Of a DNA stretch of 64,000 nt, positions 1 to 10,263 are shown in pieces (positions within the stretch are counted from its first letter, which is position 1; every line of letters begins with the position of its first letter). Below the pieces are notes generated by a model. It made no database searches. It was not told the DNA's origin and saw only the letters and a program-made list of their open reading frames with translations. Both the position numbers and the translations under genes were made by a program. The stretch is from contig OY843751.1 in NCBI GenBank assembly GCA_963693055.1, positions 2,944,001-3,008,000 on the forward strand, given 5' to 3'. The stretch is from a bacterium (lineage in GTDB: Bacteria; Zhuqueibacterota; Zhuqueibacteria; Residuimicrobiales; Krinioviventaceae).

Positions 1-1
1 A

Positions 2-1075
2 GATGGCTGTAATGGCTGCCATACACCAATGGCATACCTGGCCGGCGATGTAACTCCTCCCCGACCGTCTGAAAATACCCGAGCGAACGAAAGTGTGAAT
101 TGCGATATTTGCCACACAATCACAGGATTTAAAGACGAACCCAATTTTAATTTCAACTTTTATTCAGATCCTGGTAGAACCAAATATGGAACAAAACCTG
201 GTCTAGTTTCACCTCACCATGTAACAAAAGCAAAAGACATTTATGGAGAAGCTAAATTCTGTGGAGCTTGCCATAACGAGAAAAACCCGGTTGGAATATG
301 GGTTAAATCTACTCAACTTGAATGGGAAGAAGGTCCCTATTCTAAAGAAGGTGTACCTTGTCATCAATGCCATATGCCAAAAGCTTTGGGCAAAAATGCA
401 AAAATGTCTGAAGAAAGTATGGTTGCTCAACACTTGTTTCATGGCGCGCATGATCCCGGCAAAGTTGGTGGTGCAATTGAATTGCGTATTCATCCCGAAC
501 AACGCGAATATGAGTACGATGAAAAAATAGTTGTTAAAGTACAGTTATTTAACGGAAAAGCGGGGCACAAAGTACCCACCGGTTCAGTTGAAGACCGTAT
601 CATGTGGCTGCATGTTACAGCTACAGATGAAAATGGCAAAGTCTATCATCTGCCAGTAGACCAAAAGGGATTTGATGGTGAAGAATACACAATTGCATCT
701 GATGAACTTGCATATGTGGATTTGGGAATACCTAAAAAAGATCCCAATTTTAAGGGTGTTCAAAGAGATGGCGTGCCCATTGGTGATAGAATATTTAGAA
801 TGCCCTATTTTGATAAAAATGGCATTATGACAATCATGCAATGGAACACAGCCTCTTTGGGTGTAGATTATCGCATTGGTCCAAGAGAAACCAAAATTGA
901 GACCTTTACCTGGCAAATGCCTGATGATATCCCACTTGGTAAAATCACATTCAAGGCTGAATTGAATTATCAAAAACTGGTAAAACCTGTTGCGGATTAT
1001 TTAGGTGTGCCGGAAGAAGAAAGCGAAATTATACCGGTTAACCAGGCACTTACCTGGATTGAAATTTACGACTAG
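2..1075 (+). CDS. Multiheme c-type cytochrome (c554-like), 5'-partial
   Basis: Frame is open from the window edge. CxxCH motifs: CNGCH (nt 8-22, upstream of the ORF-track Met), CDICH, CGACH, CHQCH. Confidence 0.85.
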   Translation, partial: DGCNGCHTPMAYLAGDVTPPRPSENTRANESVNCDICHTITGFKDEPNFNFNFYSDPGRTKYGTKPGLVSPHHVTKAKDIYGEAKFCGACHNEKNPVGIWVKSTQLEWEEGPYSKEGVPCHQCHMPKALGKNAKMSEESMVAQHLFHGAHDPGKVGGAIELRIHPEQREYEYDEKIVVKVQLFNGKAGHKVPTGSVEDRIMWLHVTATDENGKVYHLPVDQKGFDGEEYTIASDELAYVDLGIPKKDPNFKGVQRDGVPIGDRIFRMPYFDKNGIMTIMQWNTASLGVDYRIGPRETKIETFTWQMPDDIPLGKITFKAELNYQKLVKPVADYLGVPEEESEIIPVNQALTWIEIYD

Positions 1076-1085
1076 GGAGAAAAAT

Positions 1086-2261
1086 ATGAAAAAATTTGCA
1101 GGAGTAATAATTGCAGTAATTCTTTTGGCATTCTTTATTCAAGATGCCAGCGCAATACCAGCATTTGCCAGACGTTACAAACTTTCTTGTAACACCTGTC
1201 ACAGTCCAATTCCCAGATTAAAACCGTACGGCGATGAATTTGCAGGAAATGGTTTTATTCTCAAAGAAGAAGAAAAGGAACGCGACTATATTACTGCCGG
1301 TGATGATATGTTGTGGCTAAACAAAGACTTTCCGGTTGGCGTACGCTTTGATGCATATGCACAATATGATCAGGACCAAGATGTTGATAAAGATCTGCAA
1401 TCTCCCTGGGGAATAAAATTATTGTCCGGTGGTACAGTCTATAAAAATATAGGTTACTATTTTTATTTTTACATGTCTGAACGCGGAGAGGTTGCAGGTA
1501 TTGAAGATGCTTATTTACATTTTGACAATGTAGGTGGCTCTCAATTAGATATTTTGGTTGGTCAGTTTCAAACATCGGATCCATTAATGAAACGCGAACT
1601 CCGACTCACATTTGAAGATTATGCCATTTACAAAACAAGTATTGGTAGTTCAAGTACAAACCTGGCGTATGATCGTGGAGTTATGTTTATGTATGGTCTT
1701 GAGCAAACAGGTACAGATATTATAGCCATGGTTGTTAACGGTAATGGTAAAGATGAAGCCGGTGACGACAAAAAATTTGATAATGACGCCAATAAAAATT
1801 TAGGGTTCAGAGTAGCTCAAGGTATTGGAGAACTCGTGTCCATTGGTGGATACTATTATCTGGGTAAAGAAACCATGCTGAATTATCTGGATGATAAATT
1901 TGAAAACGAGATCACATACATTGGTGTTGATGGGCATATGACTGCTGGCCCCCTGGCATTTACAGGGCAATGGCTCAGACGTAAAGATACCAATCCATAT
2001 TTTGCATATACGGGTATGGAATACGAAGGCGAAGGCATAGTAGCTGAACTTGTTATTTCACCACAGCTTGATCGTTCTCGTTTTTATCTTACAGCACTAT
2101 ATAATCGCATTGATCATGATATAGACGCATATGATTATCAGACAGCAACTTTGAGCGGCACCTATCTTGTTGCGCGCAACCTGCGTCTTATTGCTGAATA
2201 TACCCGGGATCTGGAATTAGATAAAAACAGAGTTACAATTGGCTTGGTAAGTGGATTTTAG
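1086..2261 (+). CDS. Cyc2-like cytochrome c / outer-membrane beta-barrel porin fusion
   Basis: GGGAG RBS, signal peptide, IPAFARRYKLSCNTCH...PRL..YG..F motif, amphipathic beta strands, C-terminal Phe. Confidence 0.75.
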   Translation: MKKFAGVIIAVILLAFFIQDASAIPAFARRYKLSCNTCHSPIPRLKPYGDEFAGNGFILKEEEKERDYITAGDDMLWLNKDFPVGVRFDAYAQYDQDQDVDKDLQSPWGIKLLSGGTVYKNIGYYFYFYMSERGEVAGIEDAYLHFDNVGGSQLDILVGQFQTSDPLMKRELRLTFEDYAIYKTSIGSSSTNLAYDRGVMFMYGLEQTGTDIIAMVVNGNGKDEAGDDKKFDNDANKNLGFRVAQGIGELVSIGGYYYLGKETMLNYLDDKFENEITYIGVDGHMTAGPLAFTGQWLRRKDTNPYFAYTGMEYEGEGIVAELVISPQLDRSRFYLTALYNRIDHDIDAYDYQTATLSGTYLVARNLRLIAEYTRDLELDKNRVTIGLVSGF

Positions 2262-2286
2262 ATTCTAGTGTTAAAATACAAGAAGC

Positions 2287-2319
2287 AAAAAAAAGCGGGA
2301 TACTCTCCCGCTTTTTTTT
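2287..2319. terminator. Bidirectional intrinsic terminator
   Basis: A8-GCGGGA-tactc-TCCCGC-T8 between convergent genes. Confidence 0.9.
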
Positions 2320-2320
2320 A

Positions 2321-3457
2321 TTAATACAGTGGTCTTAAAATTACATTTTGAATTCTAAGAATTCCATCTTGTTTTGAATGAAAAATCGCAATTTTTCCGG
2401 GTCTTACCATTTGCGTATAGGTTTGTTTATAAACACTCATCCCCACAACTTTGGCTTCAAGATAACGGCTTGAAGAAATAATTTGATAAAACGTCCAGGG
2501 GTATGGCCAATACGGACCCACATCCCATGCTTTATCTTTAGGAACTGAATTTACCAGCGCCATCGTTCCAGGATGGTCATAGAAATCAATCCGATAACCA
2601 GGATCATAGCTTTCATTCCAACGGACATAAAAGGCACCTTTGCGTGGATTTTCAAGATCATTTTCAACGTATGCCTGAAAATAAAAATCTTCATAGTCCT
2701 TGTCAGTTACAAGCCAGCCATCACCACCTGAACCAACAATCATATTGTCTACTACATCCCATTCTGCATAACCATATTGTACCCAATTGGACAAATCTTT
2801 ACCATTGAAAAGTTGAATTTCAGTGACTGGTGGTGCAGGTAATCGCTTCACCCAAATATTTTTAAATTCTACAGGATCACCATGATTTTGTAAGCCAATA
2901 GGGCCCGTACGCAATCTAAATTTTGTATACATGTCAGATTCAAAATTATATTCCTGAACCATAACATCATTAAGCCATACTGTACACATGGGCCATTCAA
3001 AACGGATATGATAGCGGTTCCACTCTCCTGCCGGCTTTTCCGCAATAGCCATTGCTGGCGAAACATCATAAATGGAACCGGTAGTATGCAAGAGGTCAGG
3101 ATTGCTATTATGAATCTGGATTTCAAATCCCAAACGTGACTCTCTACCAGACATGGGAACATGAAACAAAATGCCACTATTATGTCCCTTTGCAATTTTA
3201 AAATCCGCATAAAAATCAAAATTGCTATAGGATTCAAGTGTTTTAATTACATAAGGTACACTGGGTTTACCTAGACATTTGATAATACCATCCTGAATGA
3301 TCCACCGTCCACTGTCAGGTTCAATATTCCATCCGGTAAAATCTTTACCATTAAATAAAGATTTATATCCGGGACCGGGTGCTCCATCCGACCAATCAGA
3401 TGCAAACAAAAAATTCGACAATATTATCATTAATACCACAAGTAGCGTCTTTTTCAT
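2321..3457 (-). CDS. Secreted tandem DUF1080 (3-keto-disaccharide hydrolase-like) protein
   Basis: Signal peptide, two LFNGKD(F/L)xxW repeats, NSGI, FEIQI, GEWN, GPIGLQNHG. Confidence 0.85.
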   Translation of the reverse strand: MKKTLLVVLMIILSNFLFASDWSDGAPGPGYKSLFNGKDFTGWNIEPDSGRWIIQDGIIKCLGKPSVPYVIKTLESYSNFDFYADFKIAKGHNSGILFHVPMSGRESRLGFEIQIHNSNPDLLHTTGSIYDVSPAMAIAEKPAGEWNRYHIRFEWPMCTVWLNDVMVQEYNFESDMYTKFRLRTGPIGLQNHGDPVEFKNIWVKRLPAPPVTEIQLFNGKDLSNWVQYGYAEWDVVDNMIVGSGGDGWLVTDKDYEDFYFQAYVENDLENPRKGAFYVRWNESYDPGYRIDFYDHPGTMALVNSVPKDKAWDVGPYWPYPWTFYQIISSSRYLEAKVVGMSVYKQTYTQMVRPGKIAIFHSKQDGILRIQNVILRPLY

Positions 3458-3470
3458 AGTTTAGTCCTTT

Positions 3471-4205
3471 TCAAAAAGTATAGTCAACATCTTTATCCAG
3501 CATAGACAAGGTACGGAATCCATGATTTATTTTCTGAAATACAGATTTATAATTATCATAACGATCTTGATTTGTTCTATTCAAAACAATATAAGTAACA
3601 TTACGTCTTGGCATTACACTCAACACCCAAACATTTTTTTCGACACGTTTTTCAGGTAAAACAACTGCCCAGTAATAACCTACAAGCACATGATGCGCAG
3701 GTAAAGTAGTCGGTACCAACAAATTTGCGCGTTCTTTGCTTGTTTCATATTTTTCAAAAATCTCTGCCAACAAAGAAATTGCCAAATCTTTACTATCCGG
3801 TTGTTCATCTTGCCATTTTAAAATACCTGTAAGAGATGTTGCCAAAGTGTCACTATTCACAACATGGTCCATTTCAAACACCCAGTTGATTTGATCAAAC
3901 AAAGAACGATCAGTATCAACAAATTGCAAAACAGAATCCATAGTGAGTACCTGCATATCCCAATCATCAACAACCCGCTTTAATGTAAAATAGTAGGGAC
4001 GGTTAAAATAGACAGAATCTGCAATACCAATTCTTTCCGAACCTGCAATATCCTTAATATCTTTGTCTGGTTTGGGAATACGACGATTCATCTCAAACAC
4101 AAGCAATGTAATTGCAACCAGCACAAAAGCTAGCATTAATATTGTGCTTGCACCCAATAGATTTTTCTTTTTTCTAAATTGCTTTATATCCAGATCTTTA
4201 TTCAT
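3471..4205 (-). CDS. Hypothetical membrane-anchored protein
   Basis: 244-aa ORF with one N-terminal TM helix, overlapping the upstream gene by 8 nt. Confidence 0.65.
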   Translation of the reverse strand: MNKDLDIKQFRKKKNLLGASTILMLAFVLVAITLLVFEMNRRIPKPDKDIKDIAGSERIGIADSVYFNRPYYFTLKRVVDDWDMQVLTMDSVLQFVDTDRSLFDQINWVFEMDHVVNSDTLATSLTGILKWQDEQPDSKDLAISLLAEIFEKYETSKERANLLVPTTLPAHHVLVGYYWAVVLPEKRVEKNVWVLSVMPRRNVTYIVLNRTNQDRYDNYKSVFQKINHGFRTLSMLDKDVDYTF

Positions 4206-5097
4206 TTGGAAAAAGCTCCATTATATCATCAGGTGTCCATTTGGGTGTTGCTCCTTGCTGTGTGGCAACCCAGGCACCCAAGCGGTTACCATATTCAGCA
4301 ATTTCAGCCAATTCAGCACCTTGAATGAATTTAATTGTCATGCCTGCTGCAAAAGCATCACCCGAACCTGTTGTATCAACTGCAGTGACGTTAAAACCAG
4401 GGTGAACTACATATTCAATGTCGTTTACCAAAAAACATCCCTTGTCACCCAGAGTAACAGCTGCAAGTTCAATTTCATATTTTTGTAATAATTGACGGAG
4501 AAAAACAACATCATTCGACTTTTTGTTCATGGATGATTTTAATTGAGCCAACTCATCTTCATTTAGCTTTATCACATCTGCAAGTTTTAAAGATTCATCA
4601 ATCGTTTTTTTGATTGTACTGTCCCAGCCTCTTATGTTAATATCGAAAACTTTGCAACAATCATCTGCTGATTTTAAAGCTTGCTGGATAGATTGACGGG
4701 ATTCTTCGTTACGTTGTGCAAGAGTTCCCCACAAAACAGCATCCAAATCACCAAGAATTTCAGACCATTTGGAATCATCCTGCATATGATCAAATGCAAC
4801 ATCTTTGGTGCAATCAAAAGAAGGTATCCCTTTATCATCAAGTGTTACATTAACAGTACCCGTTGGAAATTTTTTATCAGTTTGAATTCCGGACGTGTTT
4901 ATTTTCATTTTTTTCAAAGTTGATTTAATTTTTTTACCCAAATCATCGTTTCCTACTCGGCTCAATACATAAGCATTATAACCTGCATAGTTTACATGAG
5001 CAGCAAAATTAGCGGGTGCACCTCCGAGATATTTTTTTTCGCCATAAACATCCCACAGTACTTCACCCATTCCTGCAATATTTAAAGAATCTCTCAT
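4198..5097 (-). CDS. PfkB-family carbohydrate kinase (fructokinase-like)
   Basis: GEVLWD, GGAPANFA, DTTGSGDAF PfkB signatures. Confidence 0.9.
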   Translation of the reverse strand: MRDSLNIAGMGEVLWDVYGEKKYLGGAPANFAAHVNYAGYNAYVLSRVGNDDLGKKIKSTLKKMKINTSGIQTDKKFPTGTVNVTLDDKGIPSFDCTKDVAFDHMQDDSKWSEILGDLDAVLWGTLAQRNEESRQSIQQALKSADDCCKVFDINIRGWDSTIKKTIDESLKLADVIKLNEDELAQLKSSMNKKSNDVVFLRQLLQKYEIELAAVTLGDKGCFLVNDIEYVVHPGFNVTAVDTTGSGDAFAAGMTIKFIQGAELAEIAEYGNRLGAWVATQQGATPKWTPDDIMELFPNE

Positions 5098-7067
5098 TCA
5101 TTAACTCCATCTTTATATCCGCTCCGCAGAGCAACTGTTATTTTGGGTTGACCCGGCATGGGTCCTGACGCAGTAAAAGGATCAATTTCCTCAAAAACTA
5201 TTCCCGGTGGTTGAGAAAATTGGCTGTACGGTTGATTCTCTAAAGCATTTTGCATAAAATTCAACCAAATGGGTAATGCTGCCATTCCCCCTGTTACACC
5301 TGTTCTACTAGATAAACGCATGGATCGATTATCATCAAAACCAACCCATACTGCACAAACAAGATCAGGAGTAAAACCTATAAACCATGCATCACGATAA
5401 TCATTAGTTGTACCTGTCTTGCCTGCACAAGGCCTGGTAAATCCGGCCTGTTTAATGCTTTTTCCTGTACCATAATCAATTACACCTTGGAGTGTATTTA
5501 AAAGAATGTAATTTGTTTGGGGATCAATAACACGTTTTCCATTCAAATCGTGATCTTTTCTTATGGTATTGTCAGAAATCTGCAATTTAGTTATTGAATA
5601 TGGATCATGAAAAACACCGCCATTTGCAATTGTTGAATATGCTGTTGCCATCTCTACAGGAGATACGCTGGTGGCGCCAAGTGCTAATGATAAATTAGGC
5701 TCAAGCTCACTGGTAATTCCCATTTTTTTTGCATATTCAATAACCATTTCAGGCTTTACTCTTTCAATCAATTTTGCTGCAATTACATTTCGAGAATGCG
5801 ATAAAGCCCATTTAACAGTCATGGGTCCTAAAAAATTATTTTCAAAATTTTTAGGTTCCCAAACCTGGTTGTAAATTTCAAAAGAAACAGGCTCATCTAC
5901 AAGTACCGTTTTGGGTGTTACCAGACCCTTGTCAAGAGCAGCCAGGTATGTAAAAATTTTGAATGAAGAACCTGGCATCCGGTTATTAGACACCGCTCGG
6001 TTAAAGGGTGCTCTTTGATAATCTCTTCCACCCATTAAAGCTTTAATTGCACCGGTCTTGGGATCCATTACAACCATTGCTGCTTGTGGATATTGCAGCT
6101 TGTCCTGCCAGGGTGCCAGCTCATAAGGTGGTAAATCCAGCAATTTATCAAGCTTTGCTAATCCTTCTTCAATGGCAATCTTGGCATAATATTGATATTT
6201 TAAATTCATAGTAGTAAAAATATCAACACCGCCATAAACGATTGCGTCACGCCCATACTCTTTGCCCAATTCTCGAATTATATAATCCACATAATAATCA
6301 GCATGGCTTTCATAGGGATTCATGCGTTGGAAAACCAGATCTTTATCAAGAGCAAATTGTAATTGGTCACTATCGATAAAATGTTCTTCAAACATGCGCT
6401 TTAATACAAAACGCAAACGCTGTAAAGCAAATTCATCTTTTTTATAAGGATTATAACGATTTGGTGATCTGGGTATTCCTGCAAGTAATGCACATTCTGG
6501 TAATGTGAGTTCATCTGCATGTTTAGAAAAATAAATTTGAGCAGCCATCTCTAGCCCAAAAATACCGGAACCAAAGTCAATTTGATTAATATATGCTTCA
6601 AGAATTTCTGTTTTACTGAATTGCTGTTCTATCTGCAGAGTAATTAAAATTTCTTTGACCTTGCGTGTCCAAGTTCTATCAAATGTAAAAAACAGATTTT
6701 TTGCAAGCTGCTGTGTGATTGAGCTGCCACCTTCCGAGATTTTACCTCGTTTTACATTAACAAATAAAGCACGTAACAAGCCGGCTTTGTTTAATCCATT
6801 ATGTTTAAAAAAATGAACATCTTCAAGTGCTAGCATTGCATGAATGAAATCCTGTGGAATTTCTTCATAACTGATAACCTGACGATTTGTTAAAGTTTTT
6901 ACAATCTGGCCATTATCAGCATAAATGACTGTGGGATTTTTAGTGGCAATTAAATTTAAATCATCGGGTATTTGTGGTAAATGCCTGACTAAAAAAAATA
7001 AACCAATGCTTATCATGAAAAAAGCAACTATCAGAAATACCGCTATCCATTTTAAAACTTTTTTCAT
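5094..7067 (-). CDS. Class A penicillin-binding protein (PBP1A family)
   Basis: Transglycosylase motifs EDVHF and GGSSITQQL; transpeptidase motifs SSFK, SRN and KTG. Confidence 0.93.
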   Translation of the reverse strand: MKKVLKWIAVFLIVAFFMISIGLFFLVRHLPQIPDDLNLIATKNPTVIYADNGQIVKTLTNRQVISYEEIPQDFIHAMLALEDVHFFKHNGLNKAGLLRALFVNVKRGKISEGGSSITQQLAKNLFFTFDRTWTRKVKEILITLQIEQQFSKTEILEAYINQIDFGSGIFGLEMAAQIYFSKHADELTLPECALLAGIPRSPNRYNPYKKDEFALQRLRFVLKRMFEEHFIDSDQLQFALDKDLVFQRMNPYESHADYYVDYIIRELGKEYGRDAIVYGGVDIFTTMNLKYQYYAKIAIEEGLAKLDKLLDLPPYELAPWQDKLQYPQAAMVVMDPKTGAIKALMGGRDYQRAPFNRAVSNNRMPGSSFKIFTYLAALDKGLVTPKTVLVDEPVSFEIYNQVWEPKNFENNFLGPMTVKWALSHSRNVIAAKLIERVKPEMVIEYAKKMGITSELEPNLSLALGATSVSPVEMATAYSTIANGGVFHDPYSITKLQISDNTIRKDHDLNGKRVIDPQTNYILLNTLQGVIDYGTGKSIKQAGFTRPCAGKTGTTNDYRDAWFIGFTPDLVCAVWVGFDDNRSMRLSSRTGVTGGMAALPIWLNFMQNALENQPYSQFSQPPGIVFEEIDPFTASGPMPGQPKITVALRSGYKDGVNE

Positions 7068-7068
7068 T

Positions 7069-7923
7069 CTAACGACCTCCCGACTGTGGTTTGGAAATCA
7101 TTGTTCCTTGAGCCTGGTTGTTAATTGCATTGATCAGGTACTCTACTGCTATTTCTGAGGCACTGGAAGTATAAATCCGCGATTGAGATTCCGATATTAT
7201 TTCGAATGCAAGATCTACGGCTCCCATATTTACTGTTGATGAAATACCAACATAAACCAGATTGTCACCCCAGGAAACTAAGCGATAGGGATCATTCATA
7301 ATTTGTAGTCGATAAGACAATGGCAAACTTAGAAAAGCTTTATAAAATTCTTCAGCAGAGATTATACGATTTTGAAATTCCTTTTTATCTGCAAGACGAG
7401 TATTATAATTGCTTTGACCATTTTTCAACAAAGATTCCAGGTCAACGTACCTCTCATTCAGAGGTTGCCCAAAGCCATCCAGAAAATATATACTTAGTTG
7501 TTGATCATTCAAGATAATTTTAACAGATTCCCATTGTGGGTTATGATACAGTTCTAAAAATTTCATAGGATCTTGCAACTGCTTTGCAGATTGAACGGGT
7601 ATTATTCTGTAAAAATCAATAAAATCTTTGTGACTCATTACAACTTTTTTACGAAGCAATAACTCTGAATGCAAATCATATACATTTGTGAAATGTACCA
7701 GCGTTAGCGTATCTGCAACAATATTTTGAGCAAGTGAATCAATCACTGCATCTCCATTTAATTCCTTGTTCTCCTCTTCCCACAACCTTCCTGTCTGAGG
7801 ACGAGTTGAATTTGTTAAAAGTATCATTTTACCTGTTATAACTTCAAATATATCGAACCAAATTTCAAATACTAACAGACAAAGCAATACGCCTAAAACA
7901 ATCCATATTATTGATCTTTTCAC
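7069..7923 (-). CDS. Hypothetical protein with N-terminal membrane anchor
   Basis: 284-aa ORF, GTG start after AGGA, abuts the PBP1A gene. Confidence 0.65.
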   Translation of the reverse strand: MKRSIIWIVLGVLLCLLVFEIWFDIFEVITGKMILLTNSTRPQTGRLWEEENKELNGDAVIDSLAQNIVADTLTLVHFTNVYDLHSELLLRKKVVMSHKDFIDFYRIIPVQSAKQLQDPMKFLELYHNPQWESVKIILNDQQLSIYFLDGFGQPLNERYVDLESLLKNGQSNYNTRLADKKEFQNRIISAEEFYKAFLSLPLSYRLQIMNDPYRLVSWGDNLVYVGISSTVNMGAVDLAFEIISESQSRIYTSSASEIAVEYLINAINNQAQGTMISKPQSGGR

Positions 7924-7952
7924 ATTAATCCTGTTATTTAAATAATGAACAG

Positions 7953-8798
7953 TTAGAATTTAAAAGGCATGGGTGTAAAAGATATTATAAAAATAATAAA
8001 AATAATGTAACCAAGCAAGCGACGATTTTGATCTAATGATGTATAATTATCTACTGGCGGAGGATGAATTCTGCCGAAAACAAGTAACAATATAAAGAAA
8101 AAAATCCAAACAGGATATATTATTGTCATAATTCCAAAACCTGCTAAAAAAACTAAATTAGATTTCTTGTTAAAATGACCAAATAAACTGTAAAATATGT
8201 GCCCACCATCCAATTGGCCAATGGGTATTAAATTAAGAGCCGTAACAAATAACCCAACCCATCCTGCATATGCAAGCGGGTGTAAAGCGATATCATAACC
8301 TTCCGGCACTATACCAATTGCCAGATATGACAAACCTTTGAACAACAAGGGCTCTCCTAAAAGAAATACCATGTCATCCATTTCAAGAGTTGGAACAATA
8401 GTAGAAAATTTCAAGCCCAAATATATCAAGGGCAAAGTTATAACAAAACCTGCAAGAGGTCCAGATGCACCAATATCAAACAGAGCTTTTTTATTTGGAA
8501 TGGGCTCTTTAATTTTAATAAAAGCACCAAACGTTCCAAATGGGTTCAAAACAGGAACCGGAAAAGGAATAAAATAAGGTAATGTTGTATTTATATTATA
8601 TCTCTTGCAAGTAAAATAATGAGCAAATTCATGTGTTGATAAAAAAACCATAATCCCAATACTGTACCACGGGCCCCAAAGCAACCAGGTTGAAGCAAAA
8701 GTGAACAAGAATAATATTATCGGTATTCGTAATTTATTCCAATGCTTTAGTTTTGGTTTAACATACATTAAGGTACTATTATCAACGCTATTTTCCAT
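7953..8798 (-). CDS. Site-2 protease, peptidase M50 family
   Basis: HEFAH, GPLAG and NLIPIGQLDGGH motifs, multiple TMs. Start placed at MENSV. Confidence 0.9.
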   Translation of the reverse strand: MENSVDNSTLMYVKPKLKHWNKLRIPIILFLFTFASTWLLWGPWYSIGIMVFLSTHEFAHYFTCKRYNINTTLPYFIPFPVPVLNPFGTFGAFIKIKEPIPNKKALFDIGASGPLAGFVITLPLIYLGLKFSTIVPTLEMDDMVFLLGEPLLFKGLSYLAIGIVPEGYDIALHPLAYAGWVGLFVTALNLIPIGQLDGGHIFYSLFGHFNKKSNLVFLAGFGIMTIIYPVWIFFFILLLVFGRIHPPPVDNYTSLDQNRRLLGYIIFIIFIISFTPMPFKF

Positions 8799-8802
8799 AG
8801 AT

Positions 8803-9582
8803 TTATTCTTGAAACTGCACAATCACTCTGGCTTTATTATTAATATTTAAACATTCTGCCGCATTTCCATTTCGAACAGCAATTTCCAACATTCCATGAC
8901 TGCCAATCAATGCTACCGGAAATCCATCAAGCACGTCACTGTAACTATTTGCAAGTTTTACAATCTTGTGAGCTGCTAAATGTATTGAATGCAACTTTTT
9001 ATTAATAAACACATGCTGTGGAATATTTGTAATTAAATTTCCGAAATGATCTATATGAGCGACTTCGCCACTTGAAATATTTCCCAATTCTTTACAGATC
9101 GGAATATTTCCTTTATTAAAATCAAAACATATTGATCCCAATTCTTCCAATGCAACACCTTTTGATATATGGGCTGCTACAGGTGCAAAAATATCTCGTC
9201 CATGAAACGTATTACTTATATTGGGAAGAAAATATTCCTTTTTGTTCAATTCAACAACACCTGCATCCGGATAAGCGGCAAATATCCATTGCAGTACACC
9301 ATTATCAGGCGCTACAAAGGTATGCTTTTGAATCTGCACAGCCAAAATTTTTCTTTCACTTCCCACACCCGGATCCACCACAACAACATGAATTGTATTA
9401 TCAGGAAAATAATGAAAAGCTGAATTTAGAATAAACGATGCTGCCGTTATATCACCCTGAGATACCTGATGTGATATATCGATAAACTCAAGTTGGGGAT
9501 TTATTGACAACATTACCCCCTTCATTATGGCTGCAAAACCATCCTGTTCACCAAAATCTGTCAACAGAGTTATAAGCGGCAT
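8803..9582 (-). CDS. SAM hydroxide adenosyltransferase (DUF62; chlorinase/fluorinase superfamily)
   Basis: ITLLTDFG, VVDPGVGS, PDNG, TFHGRDIFAP, DHFGNLITN. Confidence 0.9.
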   Translation of the reverse strand: MPLITLLTDFGEQDGFAAIMKGVMLSINPQLEFIDISHQVSQGDITAASFILNSAFHYFPDNTIHVVVVDPGVGSERKILAVQIQKHTFVAPDNGVLQWIFAAYPDAGVVELNKKEYFLPNISNTFHGRDIFAPVAAHISKGVALEELGSICFDFNKGNIPICKELGNISSGEVAHIDHFGNLITNIPQHVFINKKLHSIHLAAHKIVKLANSYSDVLDGFPVALIGSHGMLEIAVRNGNAAECLNINNKARVIVQFQE

Positions 9583-9587
9583 CTGGT

Positions 9588-10256
9588 TTATACTCCGGCA
9601 TTGTATTGCTGAATTATTTTATCAATATCCTGATATACATTTTCAATTAAATGGGGTCGCTTATCCAGATCCAATTCATCAGCATCTACAATTAAAACGT
9701 TGTAACTATCTTTAATACTATTTATCCAACGCTCGTACGCTTCATTTAATTCAAAAAGATAGTCTTTTGAAATTTTTTGTTCATAGTCTCTTCCCCGTTT
9801 TCGTATTCGCGATATCAATGTCCAGGTGGATGCCCGCAAATACACAATCAGATCCGGTTTACGAAGATACTGGGTCATTATTGCAAAAAGATCACGATAG
9901 TTCTCATAATCCCGATCTGTCATAAAACCTTGTTTATGTAGTATGTATGCAAAAATCTCGGCATCTTCATAAATAGATCGATCTTGGATACAAGGTGCAG
10001 GACTATTGGAAATAATTCGTTGATCATTAAAACGATTTGACAGAAAAAAGATTTGTAAATTAAAACTCCAACGATTCATGTCTTTGTAAAAATCGTCAAG
10101 GTACGGGTTATCAATAACACGTTCAAAAAAAGGCTCGAGTTTTAATCGCTCACTCAACTTGTTGGTAATGGTTGTCTTACCTACTCCAATATTACCGGCT
10201 ATAGCCATAAAAAAAGGAGGTTTTTGCCCGGTTCCGTTTTTACTAGAATTCATCAT
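9588..10256 (-). CDS. Deoxynucleoside kinase
   Basis: GNIGVGKTT P-loop, DRSIYED, RIRKRGRDYE. Confidence 0.92.
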   Translation of the reverse strand: MMNSSKNGTGQKPPFFMAIAGNIGVGKTTITNKLSERLKLEPFFERVIDNPYLDDFYKDMNRWSFNLQIFFLSNRFNDQRIISNSPAPCIQDRSIYEDAEIFAYILHKQGFMTDRDYENYRDLFAIMTQYLRKPDLIVYLRASTWTLISRIRKRGRDYEQKISKDYLFELNEAYERWINSIKDSYNVLIVDADELDLDKRPHLIENVYQDIDKIIQQYNAGV

Positions 10257-10263
10257 ACTCTTT

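Noticed and set aside
8803-9582. Fluorinase/chlorinase (halogenase) call
   Set aside because: It keeps the Asp/Arg/His motifs of DUF62 hydrolases (VVDPG, R, FHGRD) and sits in a housekeeping context.
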